Position numbers and translations under genes: made by a program
Shown here: one piece after another, positions 48,447-58,071 of the stretch
How positions within the stretch are numbered: the first letter of the stretch is position 1
How the letters are laid out: the number at the start of each line of letters is the position of its first letter
Source of the DNA: a virus
Taxonomy: Duplodnaviria > Caudoviricetes
IMG/VR virus record: IMGVR_UViG_2565956960_000004
Span: 1 to 64,000 of that record
Direction: 5' to 3' (one strand)
DNA length: 64,000 nucleotides
The notes under the pieces: generated by a model
Database searches by the model: none
What the model was told of the DNA's origin: nothing
The model's input: only the letters and a program-made list of their open reading frames with translations

Positions 48447-49220
48447 ATGTTTGGATCAAAAAGTCCGTTTAATATGAAGCCGCAGCAAAACGTTCTTCGT
48501 GAATTTGACTCAGCTGCAGCTGAAATTTCTACAAGCGTAACAGCATTAACCAGCTCAATCCGAGAAGAACTTTCTTTTATTGAGCATGTGCGCGAAATGG
48601 CCTTGCATATCGTTTCGGATTTGGTTGATGCAGTCACCGACAACACTTTAGATGAAGGTGAATTGCCCACTGATCGTTTGGATGCGCTTATCTTGGATGC
48701 TATTGATGGTGATGATGAAGATCAAACCTTCGAAGATGCGTTAGTTGCATCTATTGATGATGCATTATCGAGCTTTGGTGTAGATGATTCGGTTATCGCT
48801 GAAATTTTTAGTGATAATGTTGAGGCGGCTGATGCAGCAATTGAAGCTGCTGCAAATACAGTGATTGCCAATATGCCAGATGATGGAGATCCGATGGATG
48901 AGTTTGTACGTGAGTTCATCTATGGCGAACCAGATGAAGAAGATGGATTTGATTCAGCTGGAGGCAAGAAAAAGCTTTCCCGCGGTCAAATGAGCGTTAA
49001 GCGTGTTGGTGGTCGTAAAGTGCGTTACAAGGCAATTGCAGCTATTCGTAATGGTGTTAAAAAGATCGTCAATAAACGCTTACCTGGTCAGAAGATTCGT
49101 CTTTCAGCTGAGCAAAAAGCCGGTCTTAAAAAAGCAAATCTTAAAGCCCGGTCAGCGAATGCTATTCGACTGCGAATTAGATCGCTTAAAAAAGGTAAAA
49201 AAATCGGACTTTATAAATAA
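48447..49220 (+). CDS. prohead core/scaffold protein (P1 PmgS-like)
   Basis: Very acidic N-terminus; basic C-terminus IRNGVKKIVNKRL...RLSAEQKAGLKKA. Confidence 0.7.
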   Translation: MFGSKSPFNMKPQQNVLREFDSAAAEISTSVTALTSSIREELSFIEHVREMALHIVSDLVDAVTDNTLDEGELPTDRLDALILDAIDGDDEDQTFEDALVASIDDALSSFGVDDSVIAEIFSDNVEAADAAIEAAANTVIANMPDDGDPMDEFVREFIYGEPDEEDGFDSAGGKKKLSRGQMSVKRVGGRKVRYKAIAAIRNGVKKIVNKRLPGQKIRLSAEQKAGLKKANLKARSANAIRLRIRSLKKGKKIGLYK

Positions 49221-49232
49221 TTTGTAAATTAT

Positions 49233-49265
49233 AAAAAAGAAGCTATTTAATAGCTTCTTTTTTTA
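49233..49265 (+). terminator. bidirectional terminator
   Basis: AAAAAGAAGCTATT-T-AATAGCTTCTTTTTTT. Confidence 0.75.
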
Positions 49266-49375
49266 TTAACTTAATTTTATCGTTAGTTATAATCTTTTAG
49301 ATATTATTAAAATTTCGTGTATTTAAATAAAACATATGACATATTAATATTTTAATAATAAAAAAAGGGGTAATT

Positions 49376-49972
49376 ATGAAAATATACTTAATTAGTATTT
49401 TAATGATAATTTCAACTGGAACATATGCAGGGGTTACGATCACCGGAACTGGAGAAACACCTGAATTAGCATGTTGGAATCATGATTATAATGCAAATGA
49501 AAGAGCTAGAGATCGCACTACATGCTATACAAGCTGTAAACCAGATAAAGTATCTTTTGATGGTAATCTATATAAATTTAGTTCCGGCGTACCAAATCAT
49601 AGGGGAAGTTGTAAAAAAGCGAAATATGATAGGGGGTACAGAGGTAGGGATTGGTTCTTATCAAACTATCCCAAACCTGGATCAAAAATAGAAGTAAAAA
49701 AGGAAAAAAATAATTCTGATTTTAGTAATGAAATTAGGAATGGCGTTAACTCTGCTGTTTTGCAAACTAATGGAAATAATGCTGCTTTGGTAGTAACAAA
49801 TCCAACAAATTATAGAGGTAGAACATTCTATAAAGTTTATGTAAGGGATACAGGATATTCATTCCCACAAAGAGTAATAGAGTCTGGAGAGGTAATTGTA
49901 GATCCAAAGACAACTTGGGTTAAACATTTTCATCAATGGAGGGCAGCAGATTGGAATCTAGAATACCAATAA
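49376..49972 (+). CDS. secreted AT-rich moron protein
   Basis: Signal peptide MKIYLISILMIISTGTYA; four Cys; AAGGGG RBS. Confidence 0.75.
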   Translation: MKIYLISILMIISTGTYAGVTITGTGETPELACWNHDYNANERARDRTTCYTSCKPDKVSFDGNLYKFSSGVPNHRGSCKKAKYDRGYRGRDWFLSNYPKPGSKIEVKKEKNNSDFSNEIRNGVNSAVLQTNGNNAALVVTNPTNYRGRTFYKVYVRDTGYSFPQRVIESGEVIVDPKTTWVKHFHQWRAADWNLEYQ

Positions 49973-50196
49973 ATAAAATATTTTTAATAATTAGTTCGAT
50001 TATTATATTAGCCGGTTGTTCGAATACAGCTCAAACTAATAAATCGAAACTAAAGCGTATTTTTAATGATGACCCTGTAATGGAATGCCGCAAGCATTGT
50101 AATATGAATTTTAGTGCTTGCGTTGAAACTGCTAACAGCTCAGAAGCGCGAAGTGAGTGTATTTCAACTCGTCAAGTTTGCTTGGAAGCCTGTTAA
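49936..50196 (+). CDS. Cys-rich lipoprotein (start uncertain)
   Basis: Lipobox LAGC; CRKHC...C...C...C...C; terminator at 50206-50230. Confidence 0.6.
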   Translation: MEGSRLESRIPINKIFLIISSIIILAGCSNTAQTNKSKLKRIFNDDPVMECRKHCNMNFSACVETANSSEARSECISTRQVCLEAC

Positions 50197-50233
50197 TATT
50201 AAAATAGAGAAGCCACTTAGGTGGCTTTTCTAA

Positions 50234-50273
50234 TGGAACTTCAAATAAATTTATCATATTAAATTGTCAAAAT
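50234..50273 (+). promoter_or_regulatory. late promoter motif 10
   Basis: TGGAAC-N28-CAAAAT. Confidence 0.75.
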
Positions 50274-50303
50274 AGACGCATCAGAAAAGATTTGAGAATA
50301 AAG

Positions 50304-50951
50304 ATGCGTCAAGTCAATCCAATACTTTTAAATCAGATGCGGGCTGATGCTCTTGCTATCCAGCAACTTGGATCACCAATCTTGTCATGTCAAGGTATGT
50401 TGGTACCACGTGGCATGGAGGATTACCGCTTTTTAATCAAAAGTTGTCCGCGTCCAATCGTCAGTAATGAAGATCCGGCAGAGGTCCAGTATCCTGGTGG
50501 TTTCACTGGCATTGTCGCCGGCCCCCCTAAAACACATTACACAGGCAATTTGCAGCTTCTAGTCACTGAGGCTGGTCATGATCAACTATTTGCAGATTAC
50601 GTCGTTGCAAGTAAGGGCATGATTGATTGTGATTACTATGATGGGCATGTAAAAAGCTTCACCCGTGCTTATGCACTTGAAAACTGTGCGATTCGATTTG
50701 AAATGGCAGAGTTTGATACGGACAGCCGTTCCCAAGTAATGACAGTATCTTGTCCAATCGATTTCAATTTCTTCGGTAATTTTGCGACCATTGGCGGTAA
50801 TGGTACGGTGTTACCAGGTCAGCGAAATATTGAGGGTGTTCAAGGATTAGTAAACCGAGTCCAGAATGTTGTCAGTGCTGCTCAATCTGCTACTTCATTG
50901 GCAAATTCAGCTGTAAATGTTGCTCGTCAAATTGGTTCATTATTCGGGTAA
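50304..50951 (+). CDS. tail tube protein (P1 BplB/Tub-like)
   Basis: G.ED..FLIKS.P.P....E.AE..YPGG....GP....G.LQ...TEAG pattern. Confidence 0.65.
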   Translation: MRQVNPILLNQMRADALAIQQLGSPILSCQGMLVPRGMEDYRFLIKSCPRPIVSNEDPAEVQYPGGFTGIVAGPPKTHYTGNLQLLVTEAGHDQLFADYVVASKGMIDCDYYDGHVKSFTRAYALENCAIRFEMAEFDTDSRSQVMTVSCPIDFNFFGNFATIGGNGTVLPGQRNIEGVQGLVNRVQNVVSAAQSATSLANSAVNVARQIGSLFG

Positions 50952-50956
50952 CTGTT

Positions 50957-51406
50957 ATGCAGCTATTACCAGATGATGGATCACAAAATCCAAGAGTTGT
51001 TGCCGGTTCAATCAATGAACTGGCAATGATCTTTTATCAAAAATTACAGATGAAAGGCTATTCATTGCTTCTTGATGATGTTTTGAAAGCACTTATTGAG
51101 GAAACCAAACGATACGCTGGCTGGGCCACATTAACATGCCAGCGAGGTTCGCAGTCAATCATCTTTATCGATGAAAACTTAAGGCTTGAAGCATTCGAGT
51201 GGGTCATTATTGAACCATGCTTGAATGCTAATTGTGATTTGATTCAAGCACAGCTTGTTGAAGCCTCAAGAAGTATGGGCGGTGATGGCTTTGGAATGAC
51301 AGTAAGTGAGGCTGAGCAAAACTTTAAAGAAACCAAAGAACTTATGCCTAAAAATGCATTTGTTGCTCCTCCATTCAGCTTTAAAACTATGGGAGATCGT
51401 GAGTGA
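50957..51406 (+). CDS. virion protein (head-tail adaptor candidate)
   Basis: Late operon position; RYAGW, EASRSMG. Confidence 0.5.
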   Translation: MQLLPDDGSQNPRVVAGSINELAMIFYQKLQMKGYSLLLDDVLKALIEETKRYAGWATLTCQRGSQSIIFIDENLRLEAFEWVIIEPCLNANCDLIQAQLVEASRSMGGDGFGMTVSEAEQNFKETKELMPKNAFVAPPFSFKTMGDRE

Positions 51407-52299
51407 GAATAGCGATACTTTCATCGAATAAGGTGATTTCTGCATCTGAACTGATCATTGCCACTTTGAGAACTGATTTGGTGCCAGTACCTGTAAGTAT
51501 TGAATTTGCAGTGAAACACACAAAGGAACTCGAAGAACAGCTGATTGATGGCGCAGAAATTTTAGTGAATGATTTCCCATATTCGTTTGAAATCGTTTAT
51601 TCAAATCCGGTTAAGTCCCAGAGCATCAAGGACAATGCACGAATTGGTGGAATTTCCTGTATTGCTGTATTCAAAGGTTGTGTAAAGATTTTAGAAAATG
51701 CCAAAAAAGCTGTAATTCTAGACCAAACATCCTTCAATTCAGCATATAGGGCATGTGGTGCTTCAAACATACGTTTAGGCGACGATATTCCTTTACCCGA
51801 GTTCATTTGCTTGAATGGAAGTTTGATATCAAAACGTCTTGCACTTTACTTGCAGCAAGAAGCTGCTGTGTTTTGCTATAGAGACAACAAAATCTGTGTG
51901 CTGAAACTGGATACGATCTTTAAACAGGCACCAGTTTTAAAGTTAGATCCAAGTGAAGTGCAATGGTTCAATAGCAAGCAAATCGAGAAGCACCAAAAAT
52001 CATCCTATGTGTCAGTTGATCAAGATGGATCAACTTTTATTGGTGATGATACGACCACGAAAGGTCAATCAATCATTCAAAAGGCAGGGCTGGACGCTCG
52101 ACAATTGAAGAATCTTGAAAAAGTTTTAATTCCACGTGGCGTTGTTTTTCGTTCATTGAGTCTGGAACTCAAAGCAGGCGATGTGGTTGAGATTAATAAA
52201 AAGAACTATGTATTTCTTACTGTTGCTCATCAAGAACAAACGGGTGCAATTGGTGGAAATGTTGGTTCTATGACAAAAATATGGTTGGCAAGCTTATGA
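51403..52299 (+). CDS. baseplate hub protein (putative)
   Basis: LRTDLVPVP, LQQEAA, LKAGDVV; upstream of the spike gene. Confidence 0.55.
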   Translation: MRIAILSSNKVISASELIIATLRTDLVPVPVSIEFAVKHTKELEEQLIDGAEILVNDFPYSFEIVYSNPVKSQSIKDNARIGGISCIAVFKGCVKILENAKKAVILDQTSFNSAYRACGASNIRLGDDIPLPEFICLNGSLISKRLALYLQQEAAVFCYRDNKICVLKLDTIFKQAPVLKLDPSEVQWFNSKQIEKHQKSSYVSVDQDGSTFIGDDTTTKGQSIIQKAGLDARQLKNLEKVLIPRGVVFRSLSLELKAGDVVEINKKNYVFLTVAHQEQTGAIGGNVGSMTKIWLASL

Positions 52300-52841
52300 A
52301 TACGACAAAAATCCTTGGTGAAGCTATTGGTATCCAAAGCCAAGGCACCATCGACAAAACAGAGACACAAACAAATACCGGACTGACCAGCGCCGTAATT
52401 GTGGGCCAGTTTATGCGTGGGCGATTTGATCAGCCAATGTCAATTCATCAGGGTAACATCCGCGGCCAACTCGGGTATGAACCGCAAAATCCTTTTTACA
52501 ATGCAGTGCTAGATTGCTTGGATACAGGGGTACCAAGTGTGCAAGTGCTTAGGGTTGGCAATACACATAGCTCTAATATTTGCTCTCAAGTAGATCACTA
52601 TATTTATGGAATTTATAATTTGGAGGGTATTGGGCAATTACCACTTGCAGAATATACCGCATTTGTAAGCTCTATTAAGATTACAGAACCCAATGGCGTG
52701 TTGATACCTGCAAACCAATATAACGTATCAATTAACGGCAATCAGGTTGCTCAGCTACAGTTTAATGAAGGCTCGCTACCAGATTTGGGCTTTATATTTT
52801 GTTCTAATAGACCATTATCTATCCTTCCGGCACCAATGTAA
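52296..52841 (+). CDS. sheath-N-domain duplicate fused to a novel C-terminal domain
   Basis: First 88 aa nearly identical to 46850..47134, followed by about 93 unrelated aa. Confidence 0.8.
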   Translation: MNTTKILGEAIGIQSQGTIDKTETQTNTGLTSAVIVGQFMRGRFDQPMSIHQGNIRGQLGYEPQNPFYNAVLDCLDTGVPSVQVLRVGNTHSSNICSQVDHYIYGIYNLEGIGQLPLAEYTAFVSSIKITEPNGVLIPANQYNVSINGNQVAQLQFNEGSLPDLGFIFCSNRPLSILPAPM

Positions 52842-52857
52842 CTCATAGGATAAGCAA

Positions 52858-53373
52858 ATGTTTTATGGATTTAAGAAAGCAAAAATACTTAGCTATGATG
52901 CTGGCAGTCGCACTGCAAAAATTCATATACCTGGCTTGACAGATGGGTCAGCTGAAGGCTTGACTGCAACATTTGCTTATCCGGTGGGTGACAGCGACAA
53001 AGACACAGAACGCGAAATTCTGGAAAATGAAGATGTTTATATTTTCTTCGAGAATAATGAGCAATCTCGACCTGTTATTGCATTTTACAGTAGTCACGGT
53101 ACAGGTGCGGTAGTTGATACACGGCGAATTCGTCAAGAAAATATTGAGCTATTGGCCCGATCGACAGTAAAAGTTGAAGCACCTGAATTTAGAGTGAAAG
53201 CAAAATTCATTCTAGAAGGTGATTTTGAGCATGAAGGTAATCAAACAACTAAAGGTACAATTTCAGCAACTGAAGATGTAGTAGCTGCGGGTGTATCTGG
53301 GAAGTCACATCCTCATGGCGGTGTAAGAACCGGTACTGATGAAAGTGGTCCGCCAGTCGCTTCTGGAACTTGA
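52858..53373 (+). CDS. baseplate spike gpV / P1 gp5-like protein
   Basis: N-terminal OB fold, beta-helix, SHPHGGV metal-binding tip. Confidence 0.8.
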   Translation: MFYGFKKAKILSYDAGSRTAKIHIPGLTDGSAEGLTATFAYPVGDSDKDTEREILENEDVYIFFENNEQSRPVIAFYSSHGTGAVVDTRRIRQENIELLARSTVKVEAPEFRVKAKFILEGDFEHEGNQTTKGTISATEDVVAAGVSGKSHPHGGVRTGTDESGPPVASGT

Positions 53374-53404
53374 TAAAATCTATCAGCCAATGACAAGCCA
53401 AAAT
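53364..53404 (+). promoter_or_regulatory. late promoter motif 11
   Basis: TGGAAC-N29-CAAAAT. Confidence 0.7.
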
Positions 53405-53433
53405 TGAGTTAATTTTTATGGTTTGACTTTGTT

Positions 53434-54981
53434 ATGGCTGCTTCAGATATTTTAAATCTTTTGTTGGGACCAAGTGCAAATAGTACGATTCCATCAGAAG
53501 TTATGAATGCGAACCAAGAAGCTATGGCACAGATGTATGATGCTGTAGCACCATTTTCGCTAGGTACAAGTACAACAACAGAAAATAGAAAACGTACACG
53601 TAAAGAAATCCTGACCAAATGGGAACAAATGTTGAAATTTGCCCCTATTGCAGAGGGTATAGGCATCCATGTGATGGCTGCGTTGGGCGGTGATACGCAC
53701 AGTGGGCAGCAAATTTTTATTACACCTGCTGAGCGTTTACGCGGTGAATTGAGTGTCACTGAAAAAGAGCAATTAAAAAAACTAGAAGCACGAATCAGAC
53801 CTATCGAAATTATTATAAATAAATACATTACTAAGCTTTGCTCTGAAGGCATTTCATTTGGCGATTCATATGCCCGTGTTTACGGTAAAAAAGGAAAAGG
53901 TGTTACTGATCTATTAACCAATGAATACACCTATGCTCCCAATATTCAGGCATACGAACAGGGTAGTAAGACTGTTGCGTTTTTTGGTCTTAATCCCAAA
54001 AATTGGTCAAAGGTAATTTCTAAGTTAAATGATCGCCAAATGGTGAGAATGAAACTGCCAAGAATCCAGAATGTTCCGCAGTTTGATCCGATTGAGTCTG
54101 GGTTAATTTCACAACTACTCGAAGAAGATGATCCTGATGAATTACCAATTTTTCCTGCGCAAGTTGGCGGTTCATTCTTATATGCCATTGAGAAAACATA
54201 TGATGACGTAATCCTTGCCTTAACAACGATGAATAGCCAGCAAGTCGCTGATGCTGTTAATCAAATGTTCTTGACGCTGAATATGGCAGGAATGCCACCA
54301 GCGCAGCGTGAGGCCTATATCCGTGGTCTAGAAGGTATGCTCAAAGATCATGAGAAATTTGTTAAAAATGCCATGGAGGGTGGCGAAGGTATCTGGAATA
54401 CGAAATATCATGTATTACCTACATGGGATGAGAAACAAATCTTAAATCCTGTTGGTGATATTAAAGGGCAGCGGACCGCACCAGTGAACATTGAAACTTT
54501 TATGATCAATGTACGCCTGTTGATGGGCGGGATTGGTCTTGATCCTTCAATGGTTGGTTGGGCTGACATGTTATCAGGCGGTATTGGAGATGGAGCAGCC
54601 TTCCATACATCAAGTCAAATCATGCGCCGTTCGATGTATATTCGCCAATCAGCTGTGCAGCTTGTCAACGCTATCATGCGTATCGATTGGGGGTATTGTT
54701 ATAACGAGCACTTTGAGGCTGGCGAACTCGATTATCCTTGGCAAGTTGAATTCTCAAGTACTCAATCTGCAGCTGTGACTGAGGAAAATACTAATAAACA
54801 AACTCAAATGAATACATCATTGCTTAAGATTCAAGTCATTAACTCACTTAAAGAATCATATTTAAGCGAAGAAACCATGCAATATATTCTAGAGAAAGAT
54901 GCGGGTTTTAATTATGAAGATGCATGTCGAGTAGCTGCGGATATAGCTAAGTCACGTCCTGAACCTGGTGGAGAAGAATAA
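53434..54981 (+). CDS. prt: portal protein (P1 Prt-like)
   Basis: EQM...PIAEGIGIHV.AALG.D..SGQ.IFI.P, FGDSYARVY, GGSFL, GLDPSMVGWADMLSGG.GDG. Confidence 0.8.
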   Translation: MAASDILNLLLGPSANSTIPSEVMNANQEAMAQMYDAVAPFSLGTSTTTENRKRTRKEILTKWEQMLKFAPIAEGIGIHVMAALGGDTHSGQQIFITPAERLRGELSVTEKEQLKKLEARIRPIEIIINKYITKLCSEGISFGDSYARVYGKKGKGVTDLLTNEYTYAPNIQAYEQGSKTVAFFGLNPKNWSKVISKLNDRQMVRMKLPRIQNVPQFDPIESGLISQLLEEDDPDELPIFPAQVGGSFLYAIEKTYDDVILALTTMNSQQVADAVNQMFLTLNMAGMPPAQREAYIRGLEGMLKDHEKFVKNAMEGGEGIWNTKYHVLPTWDEKQILNPVGDIKGQRTAPVNIETFMINVRLLMGGIGLDPSMVGWADMLSGGIGDGAAFHTSSQIMRRSMYIRQSAVQLVNAIMRIDWGYCYNEHFEAGELDYPWQVEFSSTQSAAVTEENTNKQTQMNTSLLKIQVINSLKESYLSEETMQYILEKDAGFNYEDACRVAADIAKSRPEPGGEE

Positions 54982-55694
54982 TGACTTTACGCTTAAACAT
55001 TTCTAAATTTCGCAATGTAAGCGGCGTCTGGTCTGGTATGCCTATAGCTGAGGCCAAAATCTATTATGACCGTATTTACAGCTTGGGAAATCTATCATCA
55101 CTACATTACGGTGTTTGGTTGGAGCCATTTGATGAAAATGGAAAGATCGCTCAGGAAACGATTGAATTATTTAATACTTATGACCTGACGCATACTGAAG
55201 CCGGTGACTTTAATGCTTTTGAAAATGGTCAACAAGGGTTTGAAGCCAGTACCGTAATTGAGAATATTCCTTTAATGGACAATTCACGATTACCATGGCT
55301 GTGTCAAAGTATTGATTTATCCGTTCTGGATGCCCAGACAGATAGTGCAAATGTTGGGGCTTTTCAACTGAACTACATAACGGGTAATGCTTCTGGTGAA
55401 ATCTCTATCCCGTTTATTGAGACTAGAAATGCATCAATTTTGAATAGCGCTTTGGCGATAAAAGAGATCATGTTCCCTGGTGGGGAAAAGGGCGGAACCC
55501 AAGCTCTACCAGCAGATTATCTTATGAAGATGACAATCTATATCTATGACAAGCATAGTTTTTCAACCAGAGTGTTTGAAGTACAGCATTTGGTAGCTTT
55601 GCAAGCGGGAAGTATTCCGCTCGATGCGACAAATAAAAATGGGGTTGGGATTGTTACGCTTAATTTTATAAAAATGTTCCCGATGCTGAAATGA
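54981..55694 (+). CDS. tail tube-like/baseplate protein (putative)
   Basis: VGAFQLNY.TG...EISIPFIETRN, GTQALPADY. Confidence 0.5.
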   Translation: MTLRLNISKFRNVSGVWSGMPIAEAKIYYDRIYSLGNLSSLHYGVWLEPFDENGKIAQETIELFNTYDLTHTEAGDFNAFENGQQGFEASTVIENIPLMDNSRLPWLCQSIDLSVLDAQTDSANVGAFQLNYITGNASGEISIPFIETRNASILNSALAIKEIMFPGGEKGGTQALPADYLMKMTIYIYDKHSFSTRVFEVQHLVALQAGSIPLDATNKNGVGIVTLNFIKMFPMLK

Positions 55695-55695
55695 A

Positions 55696-55736
55696 TGGAA
55701 CTATAGAGATTTTATTTACTCTTTTACTGTAAAAAT
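55696..55736 (+). promoter_or_regulatory. late promoter motif 12
   Basis: TGGAAC-N29-AAAAAT. Confidence 0.7.
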
Positions 55737-55771
55737 TGCCTCAATCACAAGAAATATTGAGGCATTTTTCA

Positions 55772-57682
55772 ATGCGTAATATCGACATTTTTAAACCACT
55801 CTACGGACCACACACCAGCCGGACTATTGCGGGCTTTGACTCAGCAGTAAATAGTGGCACGTGTTCAATTGGCCTGATCAATGGACAATTTCGTCAGCTG
55901 AATGCAATTGTCACAGTGTCTGCCACGGATGAGGATCAATGGCGCATTGTTAACCTTTCAGGGTCAATCAATAATGTCGCTGCATTTGACTCTATTGCTG
56001 TGCTTGGCGCGGTAAGTAATGACCATGCCAGTGCTTTAGCACAATTGCAATTTGGACGCATGTTTGATGCTGTTGAAGAAGATGTTATTGAAACGAATAC
56101 TCAAGGATTAGTCCGTCATCTGTCTACGCCACACTTCCATAAACACAAAAAATTAATTCAACGTGCGCATTTAGCCGCGTTGCAGGATATCCCATGCGCG
56201 GTAATACCTGATTGGGATGGTATCGAACTTAAAACTCATGAAGGCCAAACTGCCAACTTGTTATTGGATATGCAGCTCCATGATGATAATGGTGGTCTTT
56301 TAGCAAGTTTTGATGGCTTACCTCAATTGCTCGAGTCAATTGGTGCCGAATATGCCGATTTTGATTCGATTATTGTTGAGTATCAATACTTAGACAAATT
56401 GATGAACATGCTTCATAAAGCCATGCAAACCAGTTCGAAAGGCGGTGTGAAGGTTACTAAGGTTGAGCAGAGCGAAAAACCATTCAGACATAAAAAAGTA
56501 CTGAATGTGGCTGTTTCATACGATTTTGAAGATGGTCAGACAATTACGATCCTATTTCACAATCCTGATCGTGATGCTAAGCGAATTGGTCCTCAAGATA
56601 CCTTGTTATCTTGGAAAATTTTGATGAATAATCGTGATGTGACTGGTGTTATTCAACCTAACCAGGGTGAAGGTATTGCATTGCCGGTATTGGCAGGTCG
56701 TATCGTGAAATTGGTAAATCAAAATAGTGCGCGTTTTAAACGAACTCAAACTAAGAAAGCGGAAAATGCTAAGACATTGGCAGATACAGAGCAGCGTATT
56801 CTTGATAAACAAAACCAGAAAACGGCTTTGGCCGCTGAAATTGAAGGCTTATTGAGTAAGATTGATTCACTTAAAAACCAAAGCACCCAAGAAACGAATG
56901 ATGCCAACGTGGAAGATACTGCTGCTCAAGCAACACAGATGGCAAATCTTAAATCAGTGACCAAAGCCGAAGGCAAAGGTGTCTATGATGCATTAAGCAT
57001 TCGCCATAGATGGCTTACGGGTGGTACCACTGAAGAATTCTTCAACCAGAACTATCCTGAAGGTATCAGTGAGGCTTTGGTTGATGCCAAAGCATTACTT
57101 GAGCGGCCATTTAGTAAAGTTGCTACAGCCAATGGACTGAAAGAATCCATTGAGCGGATGATCCAAACAGTAGAGCAAACAATTGCCCGTTGGCAGAAAG
57201 GTCTAGAAGAAAATACCGTTAAAACAAAAGTCTATCCTCCTATTGAGGATCATGGTAATGGTTTCTATAAAGCCTTCAAGAACGATAAGAAAATTGATGA
57301 TTGGACTGCTCATATCAACCCGAATGGTGAATGGGAAGTATCAGCAAACAATGCTCAATCTCGGGCTTGGAATAGAGGCTATGGAATGCCACGTTTCTTT
57401 AAAACTCTGGACGAAATGATTGCAAAGTACCCAGCCTTTGGAGCATTACCAGCATTGTTAAAAGCAAAAGAAATCGAGCCAGAAAATGGTGCAAATAATG
57501 ATGATGCTGACTATTTGAGTAAAGTCATCAAGGGTGAAGTGGACTTTTCTAATGCACCGGAAGTTGAGGCCCATCTGGAAGAAATCGGGAACCGGTTAGC
57601 TCCAGAGATTAATGATTTATTTGAGCAAGCTGTCAGTGCCTACTCTGTATATCAAGTTAATCAAGCTGCAACTGTAAACTAA
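55772..57682 (+). CDS. darA: DarA-like defence-against-restriction head protein
   Basis: DGQTITILFHNPD...DTLLSWKILMNNRDVT.VIQP..G...LAGRIVKLVNQNSARF (DarA_N); C-terminal YLSKVIKG...LFEQAVSAY (DarA_C); GAGG RBS. Confidence 0.8.
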   Translation: MRNIDIFKPLYGPHTSRTIAGFDSAVNSGTCSIGLINGQFRQLNAIVTVSATDEDQWRIVNLSGSINNVAAFDSIAVLGAVSNDHASALAQLQFGRMFDAVEEDVIETNTQGLVRHLSTPHFHKHKKLIQRAHLAALQDIPCAVIPDWDGIELKTHEGQTANLLLDMQLHDDNGGLLASFDGLPQLLESIGAEYADFDSIIVEYQYLDKLMNMLHKAMQTSSKGGVKVTKVEQSEKPFRHKKVLNVAVSYDFEDGQTITILFHNPDRDAKRIGPQDTLLSWKILMNNRDVTGVIQPNQGEGIALPVLAGRIVKLVNQNSARFKRTQTKKAENAKTLADTEQRILDKQNQKTALAAEIEGLLSKIDSLKNQSTQETNDANVEDTAAQATQMANLKSVTKAEGKGVYDALSIRHRWLTGGTTEEFFNQNYPEGISEALVDAKALLERPFSKVATANGLKESIERMIQTVEQTIARWQKGLEENTVKTKVYPPIEDHGNGFYKAFKNDKKIDDWTAHINPNGEWEVSANNAQSRAWNRGYGMPRFFKTLDEMIAKYPAFGALPALLKAKEIEPENGANNDDADYLSKVIKGEVDFSNAPEVEAHLEEIGNRLAPEINDLFEQAVSAYSVYQVNQAATVN

Positions 57683-57695
57683 GGAATTGCTTAAA

Positions 57696-58013
57696 ATGAA
57701 TGCATTAGAAAAATTGAAGCTCACAAAAGAGTTGCGTGGCCTGATTGAGTCAATTCCTGAAAAAAAGGGAATGGAGAAACTTCAAAGCACCAAGCGATTA
57801 CGTGAACTGATCGAGTTGCTTGGTGGAAAATCCAATGACGCTGTGAATAAGTTGTTTCAGTCTATCATTGACGGTGATGTCAAAGTTTCTGTTGAGCTAC
57901 TACAAAATGTTCGTAGTGAAGCCGAGAAAAACTTAGATGATCCACTATTACTTGAGGCAGTAAATGTTTTGATATCTCAAGTTAATGAGATAGTTGGAAC
58001 TGAACAAGCCTAG
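57696..58013 (+). CDS. ddrA: DdrA-like protein
   Basis: MNALEKLKLTKEL...KRLRELIELLG; position between darA and ddrB. Confidence 0.55.
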   Translation: MNALEKLKLTKELRGLIESIPEKKGMEKLQSTKRLRELIELLGGKSNDAVNKLFQSIIDGDVKVSVELLQNVRSEAEKNLDDPLLLEAVNVLISQVNEIVGTEQA

Positions 58014-58035
58014 ACAAGCAAATAGCTTTCAAAAT
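57995..58035 (+). promoter_or_regulatory. late promoter motif 13
   Basis: TGGAAC-N29-CAAAAT. Confidence 0.7.
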
Positions 58036-58071
58036 AGTCCTTAAATGGGCTATTTTTTTTGAGTTTTATAA

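Noticed and set aside
46850..52559. 264-bp repeat pair as a DGR template/variable repeat
   Set aside because: Differences are mainly synonymous third-position changes rather than adenine-specific, both copies encode N-termini, and no reverse transcriptase is in the window
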